A stretch of 64,000 nt of DNA from an uncultured virus (IMG/VR IMGVR_UViG_3300042568_000085) (IMGVR_UViG_3300042568_000085); one strand, 5' to 3'; counted from the stretch's first letter, positions 34,643 through 45,235 are shown. Made by a program: numbers and translations. The notes: generated by a model from the letters alone, not told the origin.

Positions 34643-34806
34643 TGGCTACAAAACCCGGTCTTTACAGTAACATCAACGCCAAACGCGCCCGTATTGCCGC
34701 AGGTAGCGGCGAAAAGATGCGCAAACCCGGCGCTGCTGGCGCACCCTCGGCCAAAGACTTCAAAGAGTCGGCCAAGACTGCCAAACCTGCTAAAAAGGCC
34801 AAGTGA
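34642..34806 (+). CDS. Small basic protein (MATKPGLYSNINAKRARI...)
   Basis: Hand translation, 54 aa, TGATG-coupled. Confidence 0.7.
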   Translation: MATKPGLYSNINAKRARIAAGSGEKMRKPGAAGAPSAKDFKESAKTAKPAKKAK

Positions 34807-34976
34807 TGCCACTCGTCAAGACAAAATCCCCCGAGGCGTTTCGCAAGAATGTGAAGGCCGAGGTAGCTGCGGGTAAACCCGTAAAGCAGGCCGTTGCGAT
34901 TGCCTACTCTGTTAAGCGCGCGGCGGCGGGCAGCGGTAACCCTCCCAAAAAACCAACAATGAAGACCAAAAAATGA
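34806..34976 (+). CDS. Small basic protein (MPLVKTKSPEAFRKNV...KQAVAIAYS)
   Basis: Hand translation, 56 aa, coupled on both sides. Confidence 0.7.
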   Translation: MPLVKTKSPEAFRKNVKAEVAAGKPVKQAVAIAYSVKRAAAGSGNPPKKPTMKTKK

Positions 34977-35221
34977 GCCTCCAAGCCTTGCAAGACTGCC
35001 TAATCGTGCGCCCAGACATGGAAAAACATGAGCTTTTCATCCTGTTGCGTGACAAACAAACTGGCACGGGTGTGGTAATCTCCGCTGGGCCTGACGCCAA
35101 AGACGTAAAAGTCGGTGACAAGGTGCTATTTGGTGATTCCATCGGCCAAGATTTGAAATATGAAGGTGACAACCTTCTGGTCATGAGGGAATCACACACC
35201 CTCGGAGTATTTGACGCATGA
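34973..35221 (+). CDS. groES: GroES-like co-chaperonin
   Basis: LQD.LIVRP...TGVVISAGP...VKVGDKVLF...LLVMRE. Confidence 0.85.
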   Translation: MSLQALQDCLIVRPDMEKHELFILLRDKQTGTGVVISAGPDAKDVKVGDKVLFGDSIGQDLKYEGDNLLVMRESHTLGVFDA

Positions 35222-37416
35222 AAGACACCACCGGAATCGTAGCCGCAGCAAATGTGGCAAAAAACGGACCGTACCCGTCAAAAGGCGGTTCCGAGGAAAT
35301 TCTGACCGTTGCCCGTTCACGCATGAAGATGGCAATGGCGGCGTTTTCCCAGACTCGGGAAGACGAACTTGACGATTTGCGGTTCTACGCAGGCTCCCCA
35401 GACAACCAGTGGCAGTGGCCTGCTGACGTGCTCCAGACTCGTGGCGCGGTGCAGGGTCAAACGATCAACGCCCGCCCCTGCCTGACCATCAACAAGCTGC
35501 CGCAGCACGTTCACCAAGTGACGAACGAGCAGCGTATGAACCGTCCCGGCATCAAGGTGATCCCGGCTGACGACAAGGCCGATGTGGACATGGCAGATGT
35601 GTTCAATGGTGTCATACGCCATATCGAATACATCTCCGATGCTGATGTGGCCTACGACACCGCCTGCGAGAACCAAGTGTCCTACGGCGAAGGCTACATC
35701 CGGCTGCTGACCGAGTATTGCGACGAAGACACGTTCGATCAGGACATCAAGATTGGGCGCATCCGCAACAGTTTCAGCGTCTACATGGACCCCATGATCC
35801 AAGACCCCACGGGCGCAGACGCCCGTTGGTGCTTTGTCACGGAAGACCTGACCAAAGCTGAATACGAGCGCATGTATCCCGATGCAGCGCCCATCAGCAC
35901 CTTGATGAGCCTTGGCGTTGGCGATCAGTCCATCGCTCAGTGGATTGGTGAGAACACTGTCCGCATCGCCGAGTATTTCTACATCGAGTACGAGAAACAA
36001 ACGCTCAACCTGTACCCCGGCAACCAGACTGCGTTTAGCGGTTCGCCCGAGGACAAGACGCTGCGCTTGATGTTCGGCAAGCCAATCCGCACCCGTGAAG
36101 CTGACCGCAAAAAGGTCAAGTGGTGCAAGATCAACGGCTACGACATCCTCGAAGAACGCGAGTGGGCTGGCACATACATCCCCGTGGTGCGCGTGGTCGG
36201 CAACGAGTTTGAGGTTGACGGCCAAATGTACGTGTCGGGCTTGGTGCGCAACGCCAAGGACGCCCAGCGCATGTACAACTACTGGGTGTCGCAGGAAGCT
36301 GAGATGCTGGCGCTGGCCCCCAAAGCCCCGTTTATCGGGTACGGCGGTCAGTTTGAAGGCTACGAGCAGCAGTGGAAGACTGCCAACACGAACAACTGGC
36401 CCTATCTGGAGGTCAATCCAGACGTTACAGACGGCCAAGGCGCTGTGTTGCCACTACCCCAGCGGGCACAACCTCCAATGGCCTCCAGCGGCCTGTTGCA
36501 GGCCAAGGCGGGCGCTGCTGAAGACATCAAGTCGGCCACCGGCCAGTACAACGCCTCGCTGGGCATGACCAGCAACGAGCGTTCGGGCAAAGCCATCCTT
36601 GCGCGTCAGCGTGAGGGCGACATCGGCACCTACCACTACGTTGACAACCTGGCCCGTGCGATCCGTCACATTGGTCGTCAACTCGTGGACCTGATCCCCA
36701 AGATTTACGACACCGAGCGCATTGCCCGCATCATCGGTGAGGACGGCGAGCCAGATACCGTCAAGATGAACCCGATGCAGGAAGAACCAGTCAAGCGCAT
36801 CGTGGACCAAGAAGGTAACTTGATCGAGAAGATCTACAACCCGGCTGTTGGCAAGTACGATGTGCGCGTGATCACTGGTCCCGGCTACGCTACCAAGCGT
36901 CAAGAGGCTTTGGAAAGCATGGCCCAGTTGCTGCAAGGCAACCCACAGTTGTGGCAAGTCGCTGGCGACCTGTTTGTCAAGAACATGGACTGGCCTGGTG
37001 CTCAAGACCTCGCCAAGCGGTTCAAAAAGACCATCGACCCCAAAGTGCTGGCCGATGATGACGATCCAGCCTTGGCAGCAGCCAATCAGCAGATGGAGGC
37101 AATGGCTGCTGAGATGGAAAACATGTTCCAGATGTTGCAAAACGTCAACCAGAGCATGGAAGCCCGTGAGATGCAGATCAAGCAGTTTGAGGCTGACATC
37201 AAGGCATATCAGGCCGAAACACAGCGCATTTCCGCTGTTCAAGCTGGCATGAGTGAGCAACAGATCCAAGATATTGCTATGGGCGTTGTGGCTGCTGCGA
37301 TGGAATCCAACGACAATATGGTTATGATGAACCAGCAGCGCGAGATGCCCGAGATGCAGCCTGAAATGCAGCCCGAGATGATGCCGTTCCAAGGAGACAT
37401 GAATGAAATGCGCTGA
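35218..37416 (+). CDS. P22-like portal protein
   Basis: DDLRF...QW, RPCLTINKL, GLVRNAKDAQRMYNYW, SGKAILARQ, GKYDV...GP.Y.TKRQE. Confidence 0.93.
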   Translation: MKDTTGIVAAANVAKNGPYPSKGGSEEILTVARSRMKMAMAAFSQTREDELDDLRFYAGSPDNQWQWPADVLQTRGAVQGQTINARPCLTINKLPQHVHQVTNEQRMNRPGIKVIPADDKADVDMADVFNGVIRHIEYISDADVAYDTACENQVSYGEGYIRLLTEYCDEDTFDQDIKIGRIRNSFSVYMDPMIQDPTGADARWCFVTEDLTKAEYERMYPDAAPISTLMSLGVGDQSIAQWIGENTVRIAEYFYIEYEKQTLNLYPGNQTAFSGSPEDKTLRLMFGKPIRTREADRKKVKWCKINGYDILEEREWAGTYIPVVRVVGNEFEVDGQMYVSGLVRNAKDAQRMYNYWVSQEAEMLALAPKAPFIGYGGQFEGYEQQWKTANTNNWPYLEVNPDVTDGQGAVLPLPQRAQPPMASSGLLQAKAGAAEDIKSATGQYNASLGMTSNERSGKAILARQREGDIGTYHYVDNLARAIRHIGRQLVDLIPKIYDTERIARIIGEDGEPDTVKMNPMQEEPVKRIVDQEGNLIEKIYNPAVGKYDVRVITGPGYATKRQEALESMAQLLQGNPQLWQVAGDLFVKNMDWPGAQDLAKRFKKTIDPKVLADDDDPALAAANQQMEAMAAEMENMFQMLQNVNQSMEAREMQIKQFEADIKAYQAETQRISAVQAGMSEQQIQDIAMGVVAAAMESNDNMVMMNQQREMPEMQPEMQPEMMPFQGDMNEMR

Positions 37417-37765
37417 TTTTGTAGGCGAGTTGTTCTTGGCTCGTGACGTGGCCCATTCGGTTCACCTGAACACCCGGTCCTACTCCAAACACAAGGCGCT
37501 GCGGCACTTTTACGAAAATGTGATTGAGTTGGCCGACAAGTTTGCCGAGGCTTACCAAGGTCGTCGTGGTCTAATTGGACCCATCAGCCTGATGAGCGCC
37601 AAGAAGAACGGCAACATCATCGAGTTTTTGGAGCAGTCCCTCAAAGACATCGAGGGTATGCGCTATGAGGTGTGCGACAAGAACGACACCCCGATTCAAA
37701 ACATCATTGATGAAATTGTTGGGCTTTACCTGTCCACCCTGTACAAGTTAAAATTCCTCGCATAA
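37403..37765 (+). CDS. Ferritin/Dps-like protein (DUF5856-like)
   Basis: AHSVHLNT.SYSKHKAL..FYE...ADKFAEAYQG...TLYKLKFL; homolog of 18494-18883. Confidence 0.8.
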   Translation: MKCADFVGELFLARDVAHSVHLNTRSYSKHKALRHFYENVIELADKFAEAYQGRRGLIGPISLMSAKKNGNIIEFLEQSLKDIEGMRYEVCDKNDTPIQNIIDEIVGLYLSTLYKLKFLA

Positions 37766-37774
37766 GGAGCCGAA

Positions 37775-39667
37775 ATGTCGGTAAATCTTTCACCCGTTGG
37801 CGGCGCAGGCGCTCAGTTTTTTGACAACAATGGCGACCCGTTGTCGGGCGGAAAACTGTTTACCTACGCAGCGGGTACAACCACTCCAGCGGTTACGTAT
37901 ACATCGTCTTCAGGTGTCACTCCTCAACCAAACCCAATTCTTCTTGATGCGGCAGGTCGAGTGCCGGGCAGCAGTGAAATCTGGTTAACTGCGGGTGTAG
38001 CTTACAAATTTGTGCTCAGGACCAGCACAGATGTGTTGTTGGCAACATGGGACAACATTTCGGGCATCAATTCGCTTGGCAACGCCAGCACTGTTGGCTT
38101 CACTGGCTTTAAAGGTCAAGTCGGAACAGTTCAAGATCTTGGTGGAAACACAGGCGCTGACTGGATTGGTTTTACGCAGGCTGGTACTGGTGCTGACCCA
38201 CTTTCAGCGCAAGACAAGATGCGTCAAATTGTCCATGTGGCAGATTTTGGCGCTGCTGGAGATGGTACAACCGATGACACCGCAGCTATTCAGGCAGCTA
38301 TTGACTACGTTCAAGTAGCCAGCAGCGGCCAGATTGAACTGCACTTTGACGCCAAGCGATACCGCATTGTTGGCACACTTAGCATTACCGGCATGGTTCG
38401 TTTGGTTGGTCAAGGCGCATTTGATTTGGACAATGCGCGGCCCATCACATTGCCGGGTAAGGGTACATGGTTGATTCACGCTTCAACCACAGGCCCATTG
38501 ATTCAAGTCACGGGTGATTTAAACAAAGGCGCTGGTTTGTTTGACATTGCGATCTTCCAAGAAGGTCACGCAACACCGGGCCCGGGCTGGGTGCCTGCGG
38601 TGCGCGATTGGGTCATTCGCGTTGAAGACACCCAAGGCACTTTGTTTTTGAATCGTGTCCACTTCCACAACGTCTATCGTGGTGTTTTGACAGATTTCGC
38701 AGTTCGCCTTCAATACGAAAACCTCACAGGTCAGTTCTTCTACCGTGGTTTTTCCTTTGACCGTGTGTACGACATCGGTAAGTTTGATGGCCTTCATGCT
38801 TGGACCTATTGGAGCGAAGCTGACTCGGTGCTTCAGTGGCAACAAGCCAACTGCGTTGAAATTACGCTGTACCGTGTCGATGGCTTGTGGATGGACCGCA
38901 TCTTTACGTTTGGTGTTGCCGTTAGTCTGTTTGTCACTGTCAGCACCTACGGTGGCTCGGCCAAAGTGATCATGATCGACAGTTTTTACTCCGATTTTTG
39001 CGGTCGGGCTATTGTTGTGGACTCCAGCAGCAACGCTCACTTGCAGATCTCCAACTTGTTCCACTTGGGGCAAGCGTGGCCCCCTACTTCCCCGGCTACT
39101 GCTTTGCCGGGATCTGCCGTCATCGACATCTCGTCCGGCAGCAACCACTTGGTGCAAGTCAGCAACGTCTATTCCGTCTTGTCGGAAACCCACGCTGTGC
39201 GCGTTGACGGCACCTTCAACACTCTATGGATTGGCAGCGGCATTTTTGAATCGTACAGCCGAGGCAGCGCAGGTAACGGCGCTATCAATGTCACCACCAC
39301 CAACATCGTTCGGTTTAGCTCGGTTCCTTTGCTCAACCCATACGCTGGCGGTGCGGCCACCATCGTTAACGGCACACCTGGCGGCGTTATTTTTGAGCCA
39401 ACTCGGCAAGTTGTTACGCAAGCAAACGTCAATTACCCAGTTACCGCAGGCAACGTAACTGGGCAACTAGTTTCTTACACCGCTGAAGGTGATGCAACAG
39501 CAGGTGTGGCTGTCGTTGCCAAATCAACAGGCACCGTCAACATTGGCACAGGCACAAACCTTTTGGGGTTCTACAACGCCGCCGCTACAGCCCGTCAAAC
39601 TGGCGTTCCGGTAACAATTGCCGCTGTGCATCAGGCGTTGGTCAATCTTGGCCTGATCGCACCTTAA
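37775..39667 (+). CDS. Tailspike 1 (head-binding domain + beta-helix)
   Basis: QFFDNNG.PL.GGKL.TY.AGTTTP N-terminus; DFGAAGDGTTDDTAAIQAAID pectate-lyase-like start. Confidence 0.85.
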   Translation: MSVNLSPVGGAGAQFFDNNGDPLSGGKLFTYAAGTTTPAVTYTSSSGVTPQPNPILLDAAGRVPGSSEIWLTAGVAYKFVLRTSTDVLLATWDNISGINSLGNASTVGFTGFKGQVGTVQDLGGNTGADWIGFTQAGTGADPLSAQDKMRQIVHVADFGAAGDGTTDDTAAIQAAIDYVQVASSGQIELHFDAKRYRIVGTLSITGMVRLVGQGAFDLDNARPITLPGKGTWLIHASTTGPLIQVTGDLNKGAGLFDIAIFQEGHATPGPGWVPAVRDWVIRVEDTQGTLFLNRVHFHNVYRGVLTDFAVRLQYENLTGQFFYRGFSFDRVYDIGKFDGLHAWTYWSEADSVLQWQQANCVEITLYRVDGLWMDRIFTFGVAVSLFVTVSTYGGSAKVIMIDSFYSDFCGRAIVVDSSSNAHLQISNLFHLGQAWPPTSPATALPGSAVIDISSGSNHLVQVSNVYSVLSETHAVRVDGTFNTLWIGSGIFESYSRGSAGNGAINVTTTNIVRFSSVPLLNPYAGGAATIVNGTPGGVIFEPTRQVVTQANVNYPVTAGNVTGQLVSYTAEGDATAGVAVVAKSTGTVNIGTGTNLLGFYNAAATARQTGVPVTIAAVHQALVNLGLIAP

Positions 39668-39676
39668 GGACAACAA

Positions 39677-41233
39677 ATGGCTTCTACAAATTTCATTCCA
39701 AACATCACAGTCATTGAAGCCGATTGGCTCAATGACGTAAACAACGCCGTTTACAACACGCTAGATGGGTTTGTAAACGTCAAAGAATTTGGCGCTGTTG
39801 GTGATGGGGTAACGGATGACACGGCAGCAATACAAGCAGCTATTGACGCATCGGTCAGCGTATACATGCCCTCTGGCACTTATTTGACCAGCAGTCCTTT
39901 AATCTTTAACAGAGGAAACCAAACTCTAAATGGTGATGGTGGGCACACAAGCAAAACTGTAATTCTGGGATCGCACACCAGCGGTCCCGTTTTGCAAATC
40001 AAACAACGTAGCCCAAAAATTATCGGCGTTGCTTTTAGGTCAACGCCAACCAGATACGCAGCCACTACGACCACGGGTCACGGGATTCTTATGGGCGGGG
40101 ATGACACGCCTGCTGGTGCTGCGGTAGTTCTTTCGCGCCAGTGGCTTGAAGATGTCTACATTTTTCAACAGCCCACAGACGGTTTGAACTCTCGGTACGG
40201 TACTGAACTTTCCGAATACCATCAAGTAACAGTACAAGACGCCAAACGGCACGGGTTTGTTTTTGACGATGGAACAACCAGTGGAGCAACAAATAAAGGC
40301 GGCGCGCCATTTCACTGGTCTTTGTTTAATGTCCGCGCCCTTGAGTGCGGCGGCAATGCCCTTGTTGCAGGTGCGCCGGGTCAAACCACATCACCTCAAC
40401 ACTTGTATGCGTTGAACTTTCAAGCACTTGGTTGTGCTTGGGACAGCGCAGTGCGAATTACTAACCATCAGATATATATTGTTGTCAATGGCGCAATTTT
40501 TGACATCCTTGATGTTGAAGATCAACAGTATGCAAATTCTGTAACGTCTGGTGGTTCACCAAGAATAGCTAGTGCAACGCCGACAGGCGGCATTTTTGCT
40601 GCTGGAAATAGATATACCTTTGACCACCCGTTCTTTTCGTCGTTGACAACGTGTATTTTGTTTTCGGGAAACACCGTATCTCATCGCGTGTACACACCGA
40701 GAATTTTTGGCACGTCCGGCGCTCCACAGGCAGTTTCTTTTACGGTCCCTTCGACCGTTCTTGATTTCCAAGGAAACTTTGCCACTGCGTCAACACCCGG
40801 ATCAGCAAGACTTGTATCTTGTCAGTCCCAAACATCGCGCTATTTTATTGATGGTGTTGAGTTTCTTGGAACAGGGGGAACTACTGCTGATTTTGCGTTA
40901 ATCCCTAATAACGTGCCCAGCGTGTTGGTGGTAAACGCTGGAACCGTGCCTGAGATTATCTCAAATTTAGTTCAAATTGAGGCACAGTCGGATACCGCAC
41001 CGCTTGATGACGCAGATCGTATCAACTTTCTTAATAACTTTCCTCCCGGTCAAATTGTTCGTATTTACGCCAAAGCAGGTGAAACCATCACATACATAAG
41101 CGGTACTGCAAGCGGTGTTAACAACAGAGGATTAGACCTCAATGCGGCAACACGGGTCGTTACTGACACAAATGAATTGTGGTTAACTTACAGCTCCAGA
41201 GATGGCCGCTGGAAAGAAGTTGCGTACTTCTAA
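39677..41233 (+). CDS. Tailspike 2 (beta-helix depolymerase-like)
   Basis: ADWLNDVN N-terminus; VNVKEFGAVGDGVTDDTAAIQAAID. Confidence 0.82.
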   Translation: MASTNFIPNITVIEADWLNDVNNAVYNTLDGFVNVKEFGAVGDGVTDDTAAIQAAIDASVSVYMPSGTYLTSSPLIFNRGNQTLNGDGGHTSKTVILGSHTSGPVLQIKQRSPKIIGVAFRSTPTRYAATTTTGHGILMGGDDTPAGAAVVLSRQWLEDVYIFQQPTDGLNSRYGTELSEYHQVTVQDAKRHGFVFDDGTTSGATNKGGAPFHWSLFNVRALECGGNALVAGAPGQTTSPQHLYALNFQALGCAWDSAVRITNHQIYIVVNGAIFDILDVEDQQYANSVTSGGSPRIASATPTGGIFAAGNRYTFDHPFFSSLTTCILFSGNTVSHRVYTPRIFGTSGAPQAVSFTVPSTVLDFQGNFATASTPGSARLVSCQSQTSRYFIDGVEFLGTGGTTADFALIPNNVPSVLVVNAGTVPEIISNLVQIEAQSDTAPLDDADRINFLNNFPPGQIVRIYAKAGETITYISGTASGVNNRGLDLNAATRVVTDTNELWLTYSSRDGRWKEVAYF

Positions 41234-41242
41234 GGAACAATT

Positions 41243-42403
41243 ATGGCAAACAGATTTTGGGTGGGTGGCTCTGGAACCTGGGACGCAAGTTCCACTACCA
41301 ACTGGGCGGCTACATCGGGCGGCGCTGGCGGTGTTTCTGCGCCCACAACCGCAGATGTAGTGTTTTTTGACGCTAACTCTGGCACGGCGGCTACAGTTAC
41401 CGTTGCTTCAACAGCGGCCACTGGCGCTACAACTGTTGACAAGTCTGACATAACATTAAGCCTAAGTGGCAACGCAACACTCGCTGTTCAGTCAAACAAC
41501 TTTACGCTTACATCAGGCACATTAACACTTAACAACAATACTCTTACTGTTGGTCGATTTGCGTCAAGTAACACAAACGTCCGAACCATAAATTTTGGCA
41601 CTGGTGATATCACAGTAACCGGTAATAGTTTTGCTGGCGTATTAGGTATGAATACAATAACTGGGTTTGTGTATTCTGGAACGCCAACATTCAATTGCAC
41701 TTATTCTGGCTCGGTAGGAACTCGAATAATACGTGCTGGCAATACTGCTGGCGGCTCGTCAGCTACAGCCGTAACAGTAAACATCACAGCAGGAACCGAT
41801 ATTGTTGATGTTGGCGGGCACTTCCTTAATCTGAATTACACCGGGTACAAAGGCGCGGCTACGGCTGCTGTTGGTAGGTTTATTTACGGTAATTTGACTT
41901 TTGATTCTGGAATGACCATTAGCTCAACCGGTAATTTTCGACTGGCTGGGACATCCGGTGTCCAACAAATCACGACAAACGGAATCACAGTTGATACGCC
42001 TTTTTCTTTTGATGGTGTCGGAGGCACGTTTGCTTTTCAAGACGCGCTCACTCAAGGCTCAACAAGAGCGTTCACTATCACCAATGGTACTGTCCAACTC
42101 AAAGCGGGTGTGACCAGCACAGTTGGTAGCTTTGTGGCTAATAACGCCAACGTCAAGTTTTTACAGTCTACAACGCCCGGATCGCAAGCTACACTATCAC
42201 AAGCATCAGGTACAGTTAACGTAGTTGACTTAACTATTCGTGACATCAACGCTGTTGGCGGGGCTTCTTGGAACGCTTACACTGACTTTGAAAACACAGA
42301 TGCCGGTAATAATGACGGATGGAACTTTAGCTTGTCACCCCCGTATTCAACGGCTGAGTTTCCTATTGCATTAAGATCGTTCACACAACCCCGGAGATTC
42401 TAA
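41243..42403 (+). CDS. Gly/Thr-rich beta-solenoid structural / fibre protein
   Basis: MANRFWVGGSGTWD...; repetitive beta-strand pattern. Confidence 0.6.
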   Translation: MANRFWVGGSGTWDASSTTNWAATSGGAGGVSAPTTADVVFFDANSGTAATVTVASTAATGATTVDKSDITLSLSGNATLAVQSNNFTLTSGTLTLNNNTLTVGRFASSNTNVRTINFGTGDITVTGNSFAGVLGMNTITGFVYSGTPTFNCTYSGSVGTRIIRAGNTAGGSSATAVTVNITAGTDIVDVGGHFLNLNYTGYKGAATAAVGRFIYGNLTFDSGMTISSTGNFRLAGTSGVQQITTNGITVDTPFSFDGVGGTFAFQDALTQGSTRAFTITNGTVQLKAGVTSTVGSFVANNANVKFLQSTTPGSQATLSQASGTVNVVDLTIRDINAVGGASWNAYTDFENTDAGNNDGWNFSLSPPYSTAEFPIALRSFTQPRRF

Positions 42404-42404
42404 A

Positions 42405-42713
42405 ATGGCAAACAACCAACTCAAAATTGTTACCTCGTGCCTCGGCTATCAGCAAATCACCAACTTAAGTGCATCCGCTGGCTTAACTTTGCCCACGACC
42501 GATGCCAACGGGCTTAATTGCACCCCCGCCTTTGCGCTGATTGTTGCGGAAGGCGCCCCTGTGCGCTGGCGCGATGACGGTGTAGCACCCTCCACTTCTG
42601 TTGGTATGCCTATTGCTGTCGGTGTTCCGTTGCAGTATGACGGTGACTTGACAAAAATCCGCTTTATCCAACAATCGGCAAGCGGAATTTTGAATATCAG
42701 TTACTATCGGTAA
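42405..42713 (+). CDS. Small conserved virion protein
   Basis: LGYQQIT...VRWRDDGVAP...LNISYY. Confidence 0.65.
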   Translation: MANNQLKIVTSCLGYQQITNLSASAGLTLPTTDANGLNCTPAFALIVAEGAPVRWRDDGVAPSTSVGMPIAVGVPLQYDGDLTKIRFIQQSASGILNISYYR

Positions 42714-42765
42714 TGTTTAACCAACCGTACCGGCGAGGTTCACCGGGGTTCCAATGGAACATGAA

Positions 42766-43554
42766 ATGACTGATGAAGTCCAAACCTTAGCGGAAGTAGA
42801 CTCCGCGCAAGCACCCGAGGTGACGGCCACCACGGACAATGCACAAAATGCGCCGGTAGTAGCTGAGAATCAAGACGGTAGCACCCAGGAAGAAAAGAAG
42901 TATTCCCAGGCTGAAATCGACGCGATGATTGGCAAGCGCCTCGCAAGAGAACAGCGCAAATGGGAACGTGAGCAGCAGGCAAAGCAGGCACCCGTGCCAG
43001 CCGCGCCAACGGAGATTCCGACCGCAGATCAATTTGACAGCCCACAGGCATACGGTGATTTCATCCGTGCCGAAGCTGAAAAGCTGGTCCAACATCGGGA
43101 GATCCAGAAACAACGCGCTGAGATTGAAGAAACTTTCGCAGAACGTGAGGAGGAGGCCCGGTCTAAATACGATGACTTTGACCAAGTTGCGTATAACCCG
43201 AATCTTCGAGTCACCGATGTGATGGCCGAAACCATCAAAGCGTCTGACCTTGGACCTGATCTGGCCTATTGGCTGGGCAGTAACCCCAAGGAAGCTGACC
43301 GCATAGCCCGCTTGTCGCCCCTGTTGCAAGCGCGTGAAATTGGAAAAGTTGAGGCTAAACTAACTGCCGAGCCTTTCCAAAAGAAAACCTCGACTGCGCC
43401 TGACCCGATTCGTCCGGTAACCGCACGAGCAACAACCACTGGTGTCACTGACACCACCGATCCTCGTTCTGTCAAAAGCATGAGTACATCGGACTGGATT
43501 GCTGCCGACCGCCAAAGACAAATCGACAAAGCAAAGTCACTCCGCAACCGCTAA
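42766..43554 (+). CDS. Scaffolding protein
   Basis: Directly upstream of the coat gene; acidic, coiled-coil; APDPIRPV, MSTSDWI. Confidence 0.8.
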   Translation: MTDEVQTLAEVDSAQAPEVTATTDNAQNAPVVAENQDGSTQEEKKYSQAEIDAMIGKRLAREQRKWEREQQAKQAPVPAAPTEIPTADQFDSPQAYGDFIRAEAEKLVQHREIQKQRAEIEETFAEREEEARSKYDDFDQVAYNPNLRVTDVMAETIKASDLGPDLAYWLGSNPKEADRIARLSPLLQAREIGKVEAKLTAEPFQKKTSTAPDPIRPVTARATTTGVTDTTDPRSVKSMSTSDWIAADRQRQIDKAKSLRNR

Positions 43555-43569
43555 TTTTAGGAAATCATC

Positions 43570-44769
43570 ATGAGTAACTCGCTTCTCACCATTGACATGA
43601 TCACCCGCAAATCGCTGGAGATCTTGGAAAACAACCTCGTCATCACCCGCAACGTGAACCGCCAGTACGACGACAGCTTCGCTGTTGAAGGCGCAAAAAT
43701 CGGTTCTACACTGCGTATCCGTTTGCCCGACCGCGCTCTGGTTACTGACGGTGCCGCCCTGCAAGTTCAGGACGACAACGAACAGTTCACCACTCTGACT
43801 GTTTCCAGCCAGAAGCACATCGGTATCAACTTCACATCCGCTGAATTGACCATGCAGTTGGACGACTTCGCAGAGCGTGTCTTGAAGCCACGTATCAGCC
43901 AGTTGGCCTCTACCGTGGACGCTGACGTTGCCAACGCCTACCGTCTGGTGGGTAACTCTGTCGGTACTCCCGGCATCGCCCCTGCCACTGCCTTGGTGCT
44001 GTTGCAAGCCCAGCAGAAGCTGAACGAGAACGCCGCCACCATGTCGCCTCGTTACGCTACCGTGAACCCTGCCGCTAACGCTGCTCTGGTCAACGGTCTG
44101 TCTGGTTTCTTTAACCCCACAGATGTCATCTCTCGCCAGTTCAAGAACGGCATGATGGGTGAGCAAGTGTTGGGCTACGAAGAAGTCAACATGTCTCAGT
44201 CGATCAAGGTCCACACCTGCGGCACCCGTGCTGCTACTGGCACCGTGACTGCTGCTGCCGTGACTGCTGAAGGCGCAACCACTCTGACTCTGACTGTCGG
44301 CTCTGGCGAAACCATCAACCCCGGTGACGTGTTCACAATCGCTGACTGCTTTGCAGCCAACCCACAGACTCGTGAGTCCACAGGTTCGTTGTTCCAGTTC
44401 GTGGCGATCTCCTCCTCCACCAGCACTACCACAGCCACTGTGACTGTCGCCCCGATCTACTCGGCTGCTAACGCCCTGTGTACCGTGGTGTCCTTGCCTG
44501 CTACGGCCAAGGCTGTCATCTTCGTTGGTGCCGCTAGTGGTTCGTTCCCCCAGAACTTGGTGTACCACCGTGACGCCATTGCGTTCGCCACTGCCGACCT
44601 GTTGCTGCCACAAGGCGTTGACATGGCAAGCCGTGCCGTTCACAACGGTATCAGCCTGCGTGTTGTTCGTCAGTACGACATCAACAACGATCGTATGCCT
44701 TGCCGTGTTGACGTGTTGTATGGTTACAACACCATCCGTCCACAAATGGCTTGCCGCATCTTCGGCTAA
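43570..44769 (+). CDS. Major capsid protein (P22 coat family)
   Basis: MSNSLLTIDMIT...KIGSTLRIRLP...CRVDVLYG. Confidence 0.93.
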   Translation: MSNSLLTIDMITRKSLEILENNLVITRNVNRQYDDSFAVEGAKIGSTLRIRLPDRALVTDGAALQVQDDNEQFTTLTVSSQKHIGINFTSAELTMQLDDFAERVLKPRISQLASTVDADVANAYRLVGNSVGTPGIAPATALVLLQAQQKLNENAATMSPRYATVNPAANAALVNGLSGFFNPTDVISRQFKNGMMGEQVLGYEEVNMSQSIKVHTCGTRAATGTVTAAAVTAEGATTLTLTVGSGETINPGDVFTIADCFAANPQTRESTGSLFQFVAISSSTSTTTATVTVAPIYSAANALCTVVSLPATAKAVIFVGAASGSFPQNLVYHRDAIAFATADLLLPQGVDMASRAVHNGISLRVVRQYDINNDRMPCRVDVLYGYNTIRPQMACRIFG

Positions 44770-44776
44770 ATCGAAC

Positions 44777-44798
44777 CGGGGGCTTCGGCCCCCGTTCT
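44777..44798 (+). terminator. C(UUCG)G hairpin after the coat gene (weak terminator or processing stem)
   Basis: CGGGGGC-TTCG-GCCCCCG with a short T tail. Confidence 0.55.
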
Positions 44799-44823
44799 CA
44801 AATCAATCTGAAAGGAAATTATC

Positions 44824-45219
44824 ATGTCTCTCCCTAATGGCGCAGGCGGTTACCAACTCGGTGACGGCAACCTTGGCGAAGCTAACCTGACGGTTCAAGG
44901 TGCCCCCACAGCACTGACAGCCGCAGCAACTTTGACCGCTGCTCAACTGTCAAATGGTCTGTTCACATATGACGGCGCTGCTGTCAACCTGACTTTGCCC
45001 ACCGTGGCACTGTTGGAAGCCGACATTACCAGCGCACAAAAAGTGAACGCGGCGTTTGAGTTCGGCATCATCAACATTGGTGCAACCAATGCTGCCACTG
45101 TTGTGGTCGGCACTGGCTGGACCATCGTTGGCGCAGCCGCTGTTGCCGCTGCTACATCGGCCCGATTCCTCGCCCGTAAAACCGGCGCAGGTACTTGGAC
45201 GCTGTATCGCGTTGCTTAA
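44824..45219 (+). CDS. Putative capsid decoration protein
   Basis: Ala/Thr-rich, directly after the coat gene. Confidence 0.55.
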   Translation: MSLPNGAGGYQLGDGNLGEANLTVQGAPTALTAAATLTAAQLSNGLFTYDGAAVNLTLPTVALLEADITSAQKVNAAFEFGIINIGATNAATVVVGTGWTIVGAAAVAAATSARFLARKTGAGTWTLYRVA

Positions 45220-45235
45220 TTTTTAGGCAACTGGT

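Noticed and set aside
35317..37392. Long minus-strand ORFs opposite the portal (likewise 43537-44745 opposite the coat gene)
   Set aside because: Antisense shadows of strongly codon-biased genes
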